Below, piece after piece: positions 52,010-64,000 of a stretch of DNA of 64,000 nt (its first letter is position 1; every line of letters begins with the position of its first letter). This stretch comes from Octopus sinensis. Lineage: Eukaryota. The translations under genes were made by a program, and so were the position numbers. The DNA is taken from contig NC_043000.1 in NCBI RefSeq assembly GCF_006345805.1, positions 153,512,001 to 153,576,000 of the forward strand, read 5' to 3'. The notes under the pieces are model-generated. The model was not told the DNA's origin. It saw nothing but the letters and a program-made list of their open reading frames with translations, and did no database searches.

Positions 52010-52680
52010 CTGTTTGGTAAGATGCTTGCTTCCCACATATGTTTCCAAGTTCAGTCACTCTCCGTAACCCTGCGAGCAAGTGTTTTCTACTCTGTGCCTT
52101 ATGAGTGGATTTGCTTCTCCCCCTTCTTCCCTCCCTCGTGAAGCTGTGGGGAAGGGAGTGTAAGGAAATCAACGTCGTAAAGCGTTGTCAAGGAGACCAG
52201 CGTTCTTTTAGAACAATGACTTCATGGCTTGAAGACACCAAAACAGAAATGGCTAAGAAAGCCCGAATTGGCATCTATAAGGGAAGTAACTCTCTAAAAA
52301 TCCACTCATAAGTGTTTTTTACACTCTGCCTTATGAGTGGATTTGTGAAACAGAAACTGAAAGAAACTTGTCGTGTGTGTATATATGTGTAGTTGTGTGT
52401 GTATGTGTGTGTGAGAGAGAGAGAGAGAGAGAATGTGTGTGCGTGTGTATGTATATGTGTGTGCGTGTGTATATATCTGTGTGTGTGTGTTTGTGTTTGT
52501 CCCCCACCATCAAGTGTAGATTTGTTTACGTACCCGTAACTTAGCGGTTCGGCAAAAGAGACCAAGAGAATAAGTACGAGGCTTTAGAAATGAAGTACTG
52601 GATTCGATTTATTCGGCAAAACTCTTTAAGGCGGTGCCCCAGTATGGCCACAGTCTAATGACTGAAACAAGTAAAAGAAA
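52010..52680 (+). mobile_element. SINE family A with an internal insertion of about 215 bp
   Basis: Degenerate head 52010-52113, insert, then body and 3' end to GAAACAAGTAAAAG. Confidence 0.75.
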
Positions 52681-52988
52681 ACGATATACTTATCATATAC
52701 TTATATAACTACATCAATGTTTAACTTTAATTTTCCGACTTATTTATTATGAAAAACAACCTTCAGCTACGATTCGATTTGGTAAATGTAATTTGTAAAT
52801 CAATTCTGTCGTTTGTTCAGCACCGTATCTGCCCAAGATATAAAACTCTAGGTTAGAGCGACAGCTTTCCGATTTGTTCTCTTACTTCCTTTTCATCTTG
52901 TGACATCATTCTCTTTAGTTTTACATACGTTCACGCACATAACTTCCCTTATGTAAATATTCTTCCTCTTCGGCATATTTATGTATGA

Positions 52989-53285
52989 CTAGCAGTATCG
53001 CCCGGCGTTGCTCGGGTTTGTAAGGGAAATAACTATATAAGCATTTTTAGAGAGTTACTTCCCTTATATAATAACAAAAAATGCATTAAAAATGGAAAAA
53101 AATTATGGTAATTTTTTTTTTAATCGTAGACTCATCGTAGACGCGCACTAATACCCAGAAGGGCTCGATATGAATCACAACTATAAGATACCCGGTTTGG
53201 GTTAAACTGCACCGCAAAATGTGGTAGTAGTTAGGAATCTAAATCGAAGGAGACAGACACACAACTTCACTTTTATATATAAAGA
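52989..53285 (-). mobile_element. Non-autonomous Helitron H1
   Basis: Same termini and body as 30428-30828. Confidence 0.88.
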
Positions 53286-54446
53286 TATTCTCACACCTGC
53301 CTTTCTATTTTATTCGCTTTTTGAACTATATTTCTATTGCCCATATCTCCATTGTTATAAGTTAGCATTAAAGAACAGAAAGCAGGGTCTATTTATCAAT
53401 GTATCAAGAGAAATTATTGAACTTCATTTTAATACTATATCGTCAACTATTAAGTAACAATTCGGTAGAAAACTTTGAGTTTCTCAAAAATATTTTATAG
53501 TTATTATGAATATAGTTGAATTGGAAATAAAATTTCGTGAACATGAACCCGATAACTTAAGTCAACGACATCTACCGTGAAGTCTCCGCAAATTCATACC
53601 CTAGTATCTTAAATAAAGATAATGAGTACTCCTGGAATATCATGTATGATAGTTTTACTTAGATAAGAGTTGCTTAGTGAATAAGTCGACAAGCCTGCAA
53701 CGTCTAATGGTTATTTCATGCGTTACTTGCAAATCTGTATCAAATTTGAACTTTTTCTCGAATGACTATATATATTTTTTTCTGCGTGCTTGATTCGGTT
53801 TTTACTGTTTCCGGTGTTCATACAACTAGTTTTAAATTTATCGTTTGATTTAAAAAAAAAAAAAAAAAACAATACATTTCCTTGTTCGTATCGATTTGTA
53901 TTTTCCCGTTCTTTACGAAACGAGCAACCTCTCCTAAATTCATCATTTCAGCCGAAAGGTTACTTATATTCTCTTTTCGTTTCGTTTTGCAGTTCTTCTG
54001 CCAACAACATTATATATTTTTCGTTCAATTTTCATGTTCACCTGTACATATTCTCACAGCCCAATATGCTGTCGGCACCACTGTAACAAACAATATTGTT
54101 ATAGGTGCCGAAATTTTAATGATTTTCAGTCGACAACTGATGATGAAATTAAAATTTCATATATGCATATTTGTATATTACTAAAAGAATACATACAATA
54201 ACAAATCTATTTAGTTACAGAAATTTTATATTATCCTTTTATTACAGAGGTAATTTGAGCTTTGTATTATGTCCTTCGTTATATATATTTCATTAACGTC
54301 TCAATTAGCAAAAAGTATTTCATGAAATACACAATTAATAATATACCGAACTTTTCTGACCTTTTTTATTTTCCTCTTTTTTGTTTTTTGCTATTGTAAA
54401 TATGAGGAAGAAGGGATCCCAACCGAATGTTCTAGTACATAGCTCT

Positions 54447-54598
54447 ACGCTAATTTTAACTTGCCAGCAGAAAGGTCAAGGGCAACGGTAATGTTAACTT
54501 GCCAACAGAAAGGTCAAGGACAACGGTAATTTTAACTTGCTAACAGAAAGGTGAAGGACTACGCTAATTTCAACTTGCCATCATAAATGTCAAGGTCA
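54447..54598. repeat. Minisatellite, 4 x 38 bp
   Basis: Unit about ACGSTAATTTTAACTTGCCARCAGAAAGGTCAAGGACA, starting at 54447, 54485, 54523 and 54561. Confidence 0.92.
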
Positions 54599-54687
54599 CA
54601 CACTTTGCGTCATTTGTATGGATGTCCGATACATAGTTAAACAATGAATAATATTTAACTATGTTTTAATATTCATCGTTTCCATAA

Positions 54688-54895
54688 AGCGGCAAGCTGG
54701 CAGAATCGTTGCCAACGTTGGACAAAGTGCCTAGCAGTATTTCTTCACATCTTGAGTTCAAATGCCGACGGAGTCGATCTTTGTCTGTCATATTTTCGCG
54801 CCCGATAAAATAGCACCAGTTGGACACTGAGATCGATGTAATCGACTTCTACCCCTCACCCGAAATTGCTGGTCTTGTGCCAAAATTTGAAACCA
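54688..54895 (+). mobile_element. SINE family B, full length
   Basis: Head GCGGCAAGCTGGCAGAATCGTT, B-box GAGTTCAAATGCC, core, and CAAAATTTGAAACCA tail. Confidence 0.85.
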
Positions 54896-55275
54896 ATATT
54901 TAATATGTTTGCGCCTGCTACTTTTCCGCTTGTTAATTTAAAATCTAATTTGTCAATTGCAGTTGCCCGGCTGGTTATATCGGTGAACGATGTGAAATGA
55001 TTGACCATGAATACTAAATATATATCTGTGAGGTAAGTAAAAGAAATTATGAAGAAAATTTTTTTATATTTTCATTAAGTTTTGACTTATCAAATTATAA
55101 TTAATGAAATACAAACGATCAAGGTAAGCGATCCTTTAAAACATTCCTGCAACAATCATATTCAGTTAGCGTTAGTAATAACAATAGATTATTCTACAAT
55201 AAGTCTCAGAGTGAAGAAAAATGCACACAATTGCCGAATTATAATGACGTCTCAAATGGATATAATTATAATATT

Positions 55276-55350
<75 letters not shown>
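55276..55350. repeat. (GATA)n microsatellite
   Basis: Pure TAGA array. Confidence 0.95.
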
Positions 55351-55735
55351 TTAGACAGACACAGAGAGAGAGGTGGGAGGAGAAGAATCAGCACGTATAT
55401 TTTGCGATTGCACCAGAGCAATTTAATGTACGGTAAGGAATGTATTGATTAATAAACTGTGGCGCAACAACTTAATCTGGTGTCATTGAAACTGATGTCA
55501 ACAAATTATATACATTGATCAGGTTAAAAGATAGAAGCAAACTGCGATAAAATTTATGAAGGGCTTTTGAACGAGAACCCAGAACTATAACTGGAAATAT
55601 TTCAGAGTCAAGTAGTTTCGCAAGAACTGTAAAGCTGGGAAAATAAACTTTAAGAACCTGCATGTGCGACTTGTTTTCATTTAAATAAGGAAGTCGATTA
55701 ATTTCACCACATTATTGATGCTCCTTATATATTTA

Positions 55736-56128
55736 CTAGCAGTCGCCCGGCGTTGCTCGGGTTTGTAAGGGAAATAACTATATAAGCATTTTTAGAGATG
55801 TAAAGTATAATAGCCATCTCAATATGGCTAACCACAAAGGGAGGGGGGTGTTACTGTAGCTTTTTACGTTCTGAGATTTAATAAGTTTTTAGAGAGTTAC
55901 TTCCCTTATATATGCCAAAAATGCATTAAAAATGGGAAAAATTGATGGTAATTTTTTTTTAAATCGTAGACTCATCGTAGACGCGCGCTAATACCCAGAA
56001 GGACTCGATATGAATCACGACTATAAGATACCCGGTTTTGGTTAAACTGCACCGCAAAATGTGGGAGTAGTTAGGAATCTAAATCGTAGGAGACAGACAG
56101 CACACAACCTCACTTTTATATATAAAGA
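55736..56128 (-). mobile_element. Non-autonomous Helitron H1 with an extra internal segment of about 90 bp
   Basis: Same termini as the other H1 copies; additional sequence at about 55799-55885. Confidence 0.88.
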
Positions 56129-56519
56129 TATGCGGTTTTGTGATTGCATAAGTAATCATTATGAGAAAACTGGCTTTGAGACGGACTAAATCGTTTACTG
56201 TTTGAAAAGAAAACTTTCCAGTTGAATAATAAAGAAGGTTACATTAAAGATAACACGAAAGGAAGTAAACGATACAGCTAACACCCTATTGTTTGACGAC
56301 TGAAACTAGAACACTTAGAAATTAACGTATGACAAACGAAACGTGGCACAACTAGACATCTAAATAATAGTATTCTCACTGTATTTTTCATATATTGATT
56401 AATCACGAGTGTTATGTTCGAAAACCGCCTACAGAAATAATCAAAATCTAAAAAAATATAAATACCTATCGGCAGCAGAAACCCGCCATATACTGAGGAG
56501 TCCACGATATAAATTTACA

Positions 56520-56597
56520 TAATTTAGCCAGAAAAATCCGCGATGTACTGAATACGCAATAGGTGAACTGCGATATGGCGAGGGATTATTGTATATA
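56520..56597 (-). mobile_element. Possible pogo/Tigger-like DNA transposon terminus
   Basis: Minus strand TACAATAATCCCTCGCCATATCGCAGTTCACC resembles CAGTAATCCCTCG-type TIRs. Only one end is seen. Confidence 0.4.
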
Positions 56598-57357
56598 GAT
56601 TAAAAACAAAAGACCCATCTTGATCAAACGTGTTATTTATACAAGAGTTGGGGGATACAATAAGAATTAACAATCCAAACTTCTTGATATCAAACCCTAA
56701 AACACATTCGATAATGTAGTTTCGATAAACTTTGTTTGGAAAAAATACGCTGCTATCACGAGAGAAACACTTTTCATTTAGTTTACAAAGCCAAGGTTGA
56801 TCTTGATAGCGCCATTAGAATTTGAGGTGTTTCGAAAAATTTACGCATTTCTCAATAATTGCTATTGTTGCTGTTGTATTTAGTCGAAAGCCAGCTCTGA
56901 TCGAGTAGAATTCTGAAGAAAGGCATTCTAGTCATAACCGTTAAGTTTTTCTTTATCAGAAAGCGTGCCTCCTGAGCTACATAAATTATTTTTCCTTAAG
57001 ACTATAAGGTATAATTTCAGGTAGATCTGACCGCTTTTCCTACACGGCACAGCGTCTCCCTGTTTCATTTAGAATATACTAGCTGCTTACTCAACATATT
57101 GTATTATTATGTTCTTGTGCGATGTGGGTCTTGCAGAAGTTTGTTTTTAATTATATTCCTATTTTTTTATCATAGACTTTTCTTTGCATCATGTTATTAA
57201 CTTCGTGGAGTGGTTAAATAGCATCTTTAATTGTAGCTATTTGCTTATCAGATGTGGTCTAACGATATATACATACATAATATGTACATATACATATAAC
57301 TATATATGCATATATATATATATATATATATAATATATATATATATATAATATATAC

Positions 57358-57389
<32 letters not shown>

Positions 57390-57400
57390 GTATATATATG

Positions 57401-57431
<31 letters not shown>

Positions 57432-57855
57432 ATACATATATATAGGTACATACATACATATATATATGCAAGCAAATACAAACAAATACATACACACACG
57501 CACATGTATATATGTCATGTAAATGTATATATGTATATATACAAAGCATACAATTTATACATATATATATAAATATATATATATATGCATATACGATATT
57601 ACCATATGTGCGCGACTCTGTTGGTATGAGATGTGTATTCATTCGTTGGTTGTTAAAGTGCCTCGCATATGGAACAGCTGTTAAAGAACAAAAGCCAATG
57701 GTGCAGACAGCATGTATACATCTATCATCTACCCCTATCCACTAAAACACTGCAATTGCTCGAATTTCTATTTTCTTCTCATATCTACTGAAAAACTTTT
57801 TGGTAGTCGTGTTGACAGTTCTAGAAATACTTCGCTTGTCGCATATATATATAAT

Positions 57856-58090
57856 ATATTTCTTTACTACCCACAAGGGGCTAAACATAGAGAGGGACAA
57901 ACAAGGACAGACAAAGGGATTAAGTCGATTACATCGACCCCAGTGCGAAACTGGTACTTTATTTATCGACCCCGAAAGGATGAAAAGTAAAGTCGACCTC
58001 GGCGGAATTTGAACTCAGAACATAACGACAGACGAAATACCGCTAAGCATTTCGCCTGGCGCGCCATCGTTTCTGCCAGCTCACACCGCC
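57856..58090 (-). mobile_element. SINE family B, full length, third tail type
   Basis: Well-preserved head and core; tail TTTAGCCCCTTGTGGGTAGTAAAGAAATA. Confidence 0.88.
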
Positions 58091-58092
58091 CT

Positions 58093-58121
58093 ATTATATA
58101 TATATATATATATATATATAG

Positions 58122-58172
<51 letters not shown>

Positions 58173-58188
58173 TATAATATATTATATA

Positions 58189-58256
<68 letters not shown>
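58093..58256. repeat. (TA)n microsatellite
   Basis: About 160-bp TA run with interruptions. Confidence 0.95.
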
Positions 58257-59173
58257 TCAGACACACACACACACACCACACACACATATATATATTATAT
58301 ATATATATATACATATACATATATACACATACATACATATAAAGACACGCACTCACACGTATATATGGATATATGCAACATACCAAAGATAACCAGACGA
58401 AATTTGAATGAAGTTTGTCTACATCTGTGCATATCATAGTTTTCTTTTTTTAATCAGAAACAATAGAACTATCGTATATATTTTTATGTTTAGTGTGTAA
58501 TGTATCTGTGGTAGGAGAATGATTTATAATTTCTGACGGACCACACAATGAGTATCAAATGTAAGTCTTGGAATACACTCTCGTAAATCACAATAATTTT
58601 TTTCACGGCATTGTGTAAAATTTACGGCCCTTTAATAAAATTCATTGTGAATACGTTACAGGGATTTTCACACTAAGGAATTTATAGAGCATGGAATTAA
58701 CCGTGTAGTCAAAGGTTCCTATACTTATATCAGCCCTGGTCATGACTAACATATATTTCACACTGATATTTTGTACGGTTTGCAAATAAACACAGTAGGA
58801 ACACGGCATAATTAGCGGCTGTTTCGTAAGCCTGGAGCGTAAGTTGTGCTCCTTTTACCGTATTAGTTTTAAATTGACATTGTTTATGTACAACCTTTTT
58901 TTTTTACTTTGCTATTACAGTTTATTATTCAATGAAAAAAAAATAATGAAATAAACCCTAAAAATATTGCGACTACGAGATTATGATAAATCCCATAATC
59001 GCTTAATGGTGAGGGGTTATTTTTAATTAATAACTCCTTCTTATTTTGGAAATTGGCTCTTGCAGTTTGTTGAGAGCGGAACATACTTAAAAGACACGCT
59101 ATATTGCAAGCAGATAAAAGATGTGATTGGTTTCTTCTTTACGTTGACCTTAATGTAAAAGTATAAACCCTAC

Positions 59174-59491
59174 GGAGGCGCAATGGCCTAGTGGTTAGGG
59201 CAGCGGACTCGCGGTCGCCAGATCGCGGTTTCGATTCCCAGACCGGGCGTTGTGTGTGTTTATTGAGCGAAAACACCTAAAGAAGCTCCACGAGGCTCCG
59301 GCAGAGGGAGTGATCCCTGCTGTACTCTTTCACCACACTTTCTCCCACTCTTTCTTCTGTTGGCCTGCTCGCCTAGCCAGCGGGGTGGCGTCATTTGAAG
59401 GCTAAAACAATGCGAACGCATTGTGACCAGCGATGTGTAACAACATCTGATGGTCTGGTCGGTCACGGGATCGGTCACGTGATCACGTGAT
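59174..59491 (+). mobile_element. SINE family C, tail type 3, full length with TSD
   Basis: GGAGGCGCAATGGCCTAGTGG head, GGTTTCGATTCCC B-box, (GATCACGT)n tail, and direct repeat TAAACCCTAC at 59164-59173 and 59491-59500. Confidence 0.93.
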
Positions 59492-61798
59492 AAACCCTAC
59501 ATGTGTATATGTATGGATAAAAAGAGGGATGGATATGGATGAGATGCTTTGCCCCATGCGTGAACTGCATGAGCTACGCAGAGGTTTTGTAAGCTGTAAG
59601 CTTTTCTAAATCCATAGTAATGCCTAAAACCCTTCTGTATCGTCAGCAGTTGTCTGAGGATCACATGTATTTCACCCTATAACCTGAAGGCTTCGTTTGA
59701 GTGGAACAGCGAGGACTGAAATAGTTTTCACCAGCAAAAATTTGTAGCACGTTAAGTGTAATATAGAAAGCTTGTTACTTTATTTACGTTAACATACACT
59801 GCAAAGCTACAGAGGAATACACTTGGGTGATGGACCAATGATTTAACTCAGAATATTTGATTGCGTGAAAGCGTTATCGAATCTCATCCCGCTGCCGATT
59901 CTCTTTCGAACATCAATTATTATATTGAAAGAATTTTGGATAGCCTATGGTTGCTGTTAATGCTAGTAGAGATGACGATGATGGTAGAGGTGGTGGTGGT
60001 GGTACTGTTGCTTCAGTTTTCCTTGCTGTTTGGCATTTGCTCATGGAAGGTTAAACTTAACGTGTGTCTGTCAAATATAGTTTACGCAGCAATTACAACA
60101 TAGAACTCTAGTTTACCATATATAAAATAATGAAGGAGTAATATTGCAATTGTTTTAACTTTTCACCCATTGTTGATAGTATTTCATACCACAAGAGTAT
60201 TGACGAAATAAGAACGCACTCTAATGCCGGGGGTTGTTCTGTCACTACAAGCGTAATTTATTCATATCCATGTACGAAAAAAACTTTCACAAACGCCAGT
60301 TTTCCATTGATGAAGGAAGCCAGATTTACTATATCTACATGTGACTGGTTATCGTTTACATTCCATGACAATTTGCAGATTTCATTTGTAACTTAGGATT
60401 ATTATGATTATCATGTAAATCCAGGCTTCTTGAAACAGCTGTCGAGTTATGAATTAATATATTTTCTTATCATATTTTGCACATTTTCTGTGTATCTTTT
60501 GTGCTCCAGGTAAATATATTTCTATGAAGCCTATATGAATCTCCATTACTACATCTGGGTGTCATATAGCTGCTATGTGTATAAATATAAAGATAGGTAA
60601 TATAGATATATATGTATATATGTGTTCGTATGTATTTATACTTATATCTCCTACTGTTTGAAAGTTGACAAATTATACATCTTAGCACTAATGCTGAAGA
60701 CCTGTCTAGTTCTGTCTATTTTCAGCACTCTACTGACTTCAGTAGAATTTAAATATTTTACTGTGGAAAACCAAAATAGATTTGAGTAAGCATTTAATCC
60801 GATTCTATAACTTCCATCAATCACAATTTTTAGCCAATGAATTTCTTGACAAGGATCTATCAAATAATGCTTCCGTTTCTAAAATGAAAGATTGAATACC
60901 CTTTTCTTACTGACTTTAAATTATATTCTGTTACCAACTGTCTGTTACAAATATGAATTCTCAAGTTTGGGAGGAACGTGGCGGAGTCTAGAAAAGCGTG
61001 TTTTTCTTTTTAACTGGCTAATCAATAGCTGTAGCTCGTATAATTTTCAAACTCTTTCAGAGTGTGTTACATCTTGTAGGACAGATAAACCACAGAAATA
61101 CAAACACAGAAAGAAAAGAAAAGGAAGAGAAACAATAACAGCAATAAAAGTTATATTGTAGTTTTCTTTATACTTTCTTGTCCTCTATGTCATAACTCTT
61201 GTCTATACAAAACACTGCTGTTGAGTGAAAACCAGTTGGCCATATAAACAGTTATTGGGGTTGGTGGGGAAATGAGGGCGGAGGCATTCTTGGTGGGCTA
61301 ACACTATAATGATAGTACTTTAACACAAAGAAAATCATCTGTTATCAAAGCGTGAAATAGAACTGGCGCTTACCAATGACGTCATAATCTGGTTTGTCAG
61401 CGAAATATATATGGCTAAAGCATATGTGACTTGCATTGACTTAGAAATATACTCCTAGTAATATGGTTTTGGTCTCGTCTATGTTCATTTGTTCGACTGC
61501 ATTTAAGGATATATGAGTTTATATAAGTATATGTGTATATGTATGTGCCAGTATACGTATATGCGCGTGTGTGTGTGTATTTGTGTATATATTTAAATAA
61601 TATATATGTAAATATGTGTATATGCTTATGTATGTATTTGTGTATTCAGGGAACGTTTGAACAACAATACCAGACCTTTTGTCTAAATCTCTCTGCTTTT
61701 TCCCTCTCTCTCTAGCTACGCTCCCTCCCTTCGTATATACATATACATACATACACACATATATACATACATATACATATACATATACATATACACAC

Positions 61799-61860
<62 letters not shown>

Positions 61861-62449
61861 TATAAAATATTCGTATGTATTATATTTGTGTGTGTGTGAA
61901 CGTATGTATGCATTTATGTATGTAAAAATATATGAAAGAAATTATGAATGTATACATTAATCATGTATATTCCATACAGCAATACACATACACACACACA
62001 TACACACACACACGCACACACGTACACACTAGCTCACTCACATACATATGCATGCATTGTTTTCTTATTTATTCGAAAATTTGAATTTAACCAGTCATAA
62101 GATCCTGTCTGCATTCGCTCATCGAGGGTAATGGCCACTTGTGTTCCTGAGAGAATTTGTTTTTAATTTCACGCTAGATTCAGCCACTTTGTCTGAATCA
62201 CACACACCTGCTATTCTTCGAGTCCACACCAAGTGTGGTTGTATCAAAAGATTAGGAAATTCATAGCAGTCTTCGGGATGTTATAAAATTAGGAACTAAG
62301 GACATAAAATTTAGCAATAACAGCTAAATTTGGCCATCAGGGCCTTCTTACAAATATCTTTCATATTCACTTTGGTTGGTTTACAATATTTAGAAAGGAT
62401 TTTGACTCAGAGTAAAATGTCATCTAAGATATCTGTATTTATTTTTTTA

Positions 62450-62665
62450 TCGTTTACTTCTATCATTCATTGGACTAAGGTACAATCTTGAAAGGTTTAA
62501 GCTGAACCAATCGATCCCAGTACTTTTATTTTTGGACCTGGTCTATATTCTGTCGAAACTTATCCTACGGCATTTATTCTACGCCGAACCGCAACTGCTA
62601 AGTTCAAGCAAAAAGGCATCGGTTGCCGAGCAGTGGTAGGTAAAAGCACAAACACACACACACAC
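62450..62665 (-). mobile_element. Old SINE family A 3' half
   Basis: Diverged match to 28441-28650. Confidence 0.6.
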
Positions 62666-62744
62666 ATGAATCAAGTCCTCCCTTCGAAAATACAACTCCA
62701 GAAACATATTAGAATGGATCACGATGCCACAAAACTTTATTTAG

Positions 62745-62812
62745 AAAGGATTTAGCTAATCCTATCAGGTGGTGCTATTAATTTAGGCATAGCCTACACC
62801 AATGAGAATTGA
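62745..62812 (+). mobile_element. 3' UTR fragment of the CR1/L2-group LINE
   Basis: TAATCCTATCAGGTGGTGCTATTAA matches 50290-50312 on the reverse strand. Confidence 0.6.
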
Positions 62813-62814
62813 CC

Positions 62815-62940
62815 TGGCTGAGGATGTTAGTCGAAGAATCGATCCCCGGACTTATTCTTCGTCTCTTTGCAAGCCTAGTACTTATTCCATTGGTCTTTTA
62901 CTTAATCGCTATGTTACGGGGACATTAACACACCAGCATC
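62815..62940 (-). mobile_element. SINE family A 3' fragment
   Basis: ATCGATCCCCGGACTTATTC...TTACGGGGACATTAACACACCAGCATC. Confidence 0.75.
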
Positions 62941-63363
62941 CCAAATCATAGATGATTGCTGGATGACGTATCGGGAGTTGTCTGTTTGCGCTATATCTGA
63001 GTTTCTTCCTTCCAGTTCGTTTAATTCACACATTCATAAAATCATATCACCGACAAAATACTGAGTTATTTTGAATTCCGACATCATGTTTATATAAATT
63101 CAACTATGTTCAGATGAATTCAAGTTTTACATATTAGTTTTCTATGCGTCTATCTACTCTACAACTCATTGTATATATTTTAGTGTTCCGGTTTATATGA
63201 TACCATTAGAGTTCTCTGAAGCTATTTTTCGGTCCCTTTCAGAGACACAGGGGGCATTTCACGGTGATATGTGAAATAACCTGTTTGTTCCTTTCTTCGT
63301 TCCTGGTAAATTTATGTAATATCCATTTATGTATCAACAAGTGACACAATTATATATAATGTA

Positions 63364-63543
63364 GCGCAGGAGAGTGGCTGTGTGGTAAGTAGCTAGCTAA
63401 CCAACCACATGGTTCCCGGTTCAGTCCCACTGCGTGGCACCTTAAGCAAGTGTCTTCTGCTGTAGCCCCGGGCCGACCAAAGCCTTGTGAGTGGATTTGG
63501 TAGACGGAAACTGAAAGAATCCTGTCGTATATATGTGTATATA

Positions 63544-63590
<47 letters not shown>

Positions 63591-63812
63591 GTATATGCAT
63601 GTGTGTGTGTGTTTGTGTGTCTGTGTTTGTCCCCCTAGCATTGCTTGACAACCGATGCTGGTGTGTTTACGTCCCCGTCACTTAGCGGTTCGGCAAAAGA
63701 GACCGATAGAATAAGTACTGGGCTTACAAAGAATAAGTCCCGGGGTCGATTTGCTCGACTAAAGGCGGTGCTCCAGCATGGCCGCAGTCAAATTGACTGA
63801 AACAAGTAAAAG
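63364..63812 (+). mobile_element. SINE family A, full length
   Basis: tRNA-like head, CAAGTGTCTTCT body, internal (TA)n(GT)n, 3' end GACTGAAACAAGTAAAAG. Confidence 0.92.
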
Positions 63813-64000
63813 AGAGATAAAAGAGAAAATCAGTTCAATAGTGACTGACGATGTGAACAGCCACCGATACATTTTGATGTCCTTTGAAGTAACTCGTTGA
63901 AAATGTTGCATGCATCTATGTGGTATAGTTGCGATCCCTCTTTCGTTGTTTGTTTAATTTGCATAGATTTAGTCATCGTACCAACTAAATGCTGAGTCGT

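Noticed and set aside
54447-54598. CRISPR-like appearance of the 38-bp repeats
   Set aside because: The units are contiguous with no unique spacers, there are no cas genes, and the context is eukaryotic.
59590-59650. Hammerhead-like CTGACGA...GAAA-AGCT-TAC-AGCT-TA on the minus strand
   Set aside because: Stem I has only 2 bp and stem II does not pair; likely chance.

Overview
AT-rich, repeat-dense eukaryotic (animal) DNA with no confidently identifiable host protein-coding gene. The repeat mix (tRNA-derived SINEs with internal TA/CA microsatellites, CR1-group LINEs, R4/Dong-type LINEs, mariner relics, very high microsatellite load) suggests an intron or intergenic region of a coleoid cephalopod such as Octopus; this is inference, not a database result. 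Most supplied ORFs are translated microsatellites. Supportable content: about 20 SINE copies in three families; several CR1/L2-group LINE fragments, the best with a clean RT ORF at 24937-25644; a degraded near-full-length R4/Dong-type LINE (about 36.8-41.3 kb) with a nested mariner derivative, plus two more R4 3' fragments; three mariner relics; five non-autonomous Helitrons with intact A|TC...CTAG|T termini; and several long fold-back elements. The most notable observations are: (1) two well-formed type I hammerhead ribozyme motifs on the minus strand (25979-26031 and 1710-1767) plus degenerate ones; (2) a Myb/SANT-like (trihelix) ORF collinear with a CR1-group RT remnant; (3) a Helitron flanked by a 93-bp direct duplication; (4) a same-strand cluster of retroelement ends in (TAA)n arrays; (5) SINEs that share heads but carry different tails.
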